This document shows, one piece after another, positions 63,125-64,000 of a stretch of DNA of 64,000 nt. Every line of letters begins with the position of its first letter. The first letter of the stretch is position 1. The notes under the pieces were generated by a model. The model saw nothing but the letters and a program-made list of their open reading frames with translations. It did no database searches and was not told the origin of the DNA. Both the position numbers and the translations under genes were made by a program. The stretch lies in contig JAPDJW010000001.1 of NCBI GenBank assembly GCA_029258885.1, positions 96,001-160,000 of the forward strand, in the 5' to 3' direction. The DNA comes from Thermoproteota archaeon (GTDB taxonomy: Archaea; Thermoproteota; Thermoprotei; Thermofilales; B9-G17).

Positions 63125-63568
63125 ATGCCCGGTTCTAAGTCGCCTAAGGGACTCTTCGCAGCAAGGAAGCTCAGGAGAAAGAGGAAGAAGTTTAGATGGA
63201 GTGATATTTACTACAAGAGGAAAATGTTAGGTCTAGATGTAAAGGCTGATCCATTAGAAGGAGCACCTATGGCGCGCGGCATAGTAATCGAAAAAGTTGG
63301 AATAGAAAGTAGACAGCCCAACAGCGCTGTAAGAAAATGCGTGAGAGTACAGCTAATTAAGAATGGAAAACAGGTTACTGCATTCCTTCCTGGAGACGGT
63401 TCATTAAACTTCGTTGATGAGCATGACGAAGTCATAATAGAAGGCATAGGAGGTCCTGAAGGAAGAGCCTATGGTGACCTTCCAGGAGTGAGGTATAAAG
63501 TCATAAAAGTTAACGGCGTATCTCTGAAGGCACTACTCTTGGGCAAAAAACAGAAGCCTATACGATAG
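63125..63568 (+). CDS. rps12: 30S ribosomal protein S12
   Basis: [46 protein letters not shown]. Confidence 0.98.
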   Translation: MPGSKSPKGLFAARKLRRKRKKFRWSDIYYKRKMLGLDVKADPLEGAPMARGIVIEKVGIESRQPNSAVRKCVRVQLIKNGKQVTAFLPGDGSLNFVDEHDEVIIEGIGGPEGRAYGDLPGVRYKVIKVNGVSLKALLLGKKQKPIR

Positions 63569-63577
63569 GGGAAGAAG

Positions 63578-64000
63578 TTGTCGGAAATTAAACCGGAATT
63601 TAAGCTACTTAGCCTAGAAAATAATAGGATAAGGTTCATTATAAGTGGAATAAATCCCACAATTGCAAATGCAATTAGAAGGACTATTCTTGCCGAAGTT
63701 CCTGTTATGGCGATAGATGAGGTCATAATATTTGAGAACTCATCTGTTCTTCCAGATGAAATTCTGGCGCATAGGCTGGGTTTAATTCCGCTTAAAACGG
63801 ATCCTTCACTTTATGAGCTTTATGAAGAAGGAAGCGGATTATTATCGAAAGGTGACGTTATTTTAAGGCTTGAGGTGGAGGCTGTAGATGGACCCATGAC
63901 CGTATATTCAGGACATATAAAGCCAGTCACCGATCCCTCAGTTGTTCCTGTATATGATAATATTCCAATAGTTAAGCTTGAGAAGGGACAGAAGATTTCG
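63578..64000 (+). CDS. rpoD: RNA polymerase subunit Rpo3 (D), partial (runs off window end; not in ORF track)
   Basis: TTG 63578: ...IANAIRRTILAEVPVMAIDEVIIFENSSVLPDEILAHRLGLIPL...VYSGHI...IPIVKL. Confidence 0.94.
   Translation, partial: MSEIKPEFKLLSLENNRIRFIISGINPTIANAIRRTILAEVPVMAIDEVIIFENSSVLPDEILAHRLGLIPLKTDPSLYELYEEGSGLLSKGDVILRLEVEAVDGPMTVYSGHIKPVTDPSVVPVYDNIPIVKLEKGQKIS

Overview
A 64-kb, roughly 38% GC stretch of a hyperthermophile-type Thermoproteota (crenarchaeal/TACK, Thermofilum-like) chromosome. The placement is inferred from PolB3, S26e/L30e/L39e, an arcadin-1-like gene, unsplit rpoB with split rpoA, and many non-canonical tRNA introns. It is mostly informational housekeeping: a rearranged spc ribosomal cluster, the L11-L1-L10 cluster, the rpoH-B-A1-A2-L30e-nusA-S12 operon, RNA-modification enzymes, PolB3, two FEN1 paralogs, primase, CDC48, thermosome and PEP synthase. 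Seven tRNAs carry six bulge-helix-bulge (BHB) introns, five at non-canonical positions. The main discovery is rpl11 (47081-47593). It is interrupted inside its invariant GPPIGPALG motif by a 12-nt insert with an in-frame TAG, and the insert folds as a splicing-endonuclease substrate. Cleavage at the standard BHB positions restores the exact conserved protein, so this is a probable new archaeal mRNA intron outside the known cbf5 case. Other leads: a wHTH/ATP-cone/dead class III RNR fusion, a 164-bp identical tract shared by the two FEN1 paralogs, an ACG-initiated FEN1 paralog, an orphan TnpB-tail/omegaRNA-like structured element, H/ACA- and C/D-like small RNA candidates, a eukaryote-like OST subunit, and a tRNA-Val with a U1:C72 mismatch. 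All family calls come from motif recognition by eye; no database search was run.
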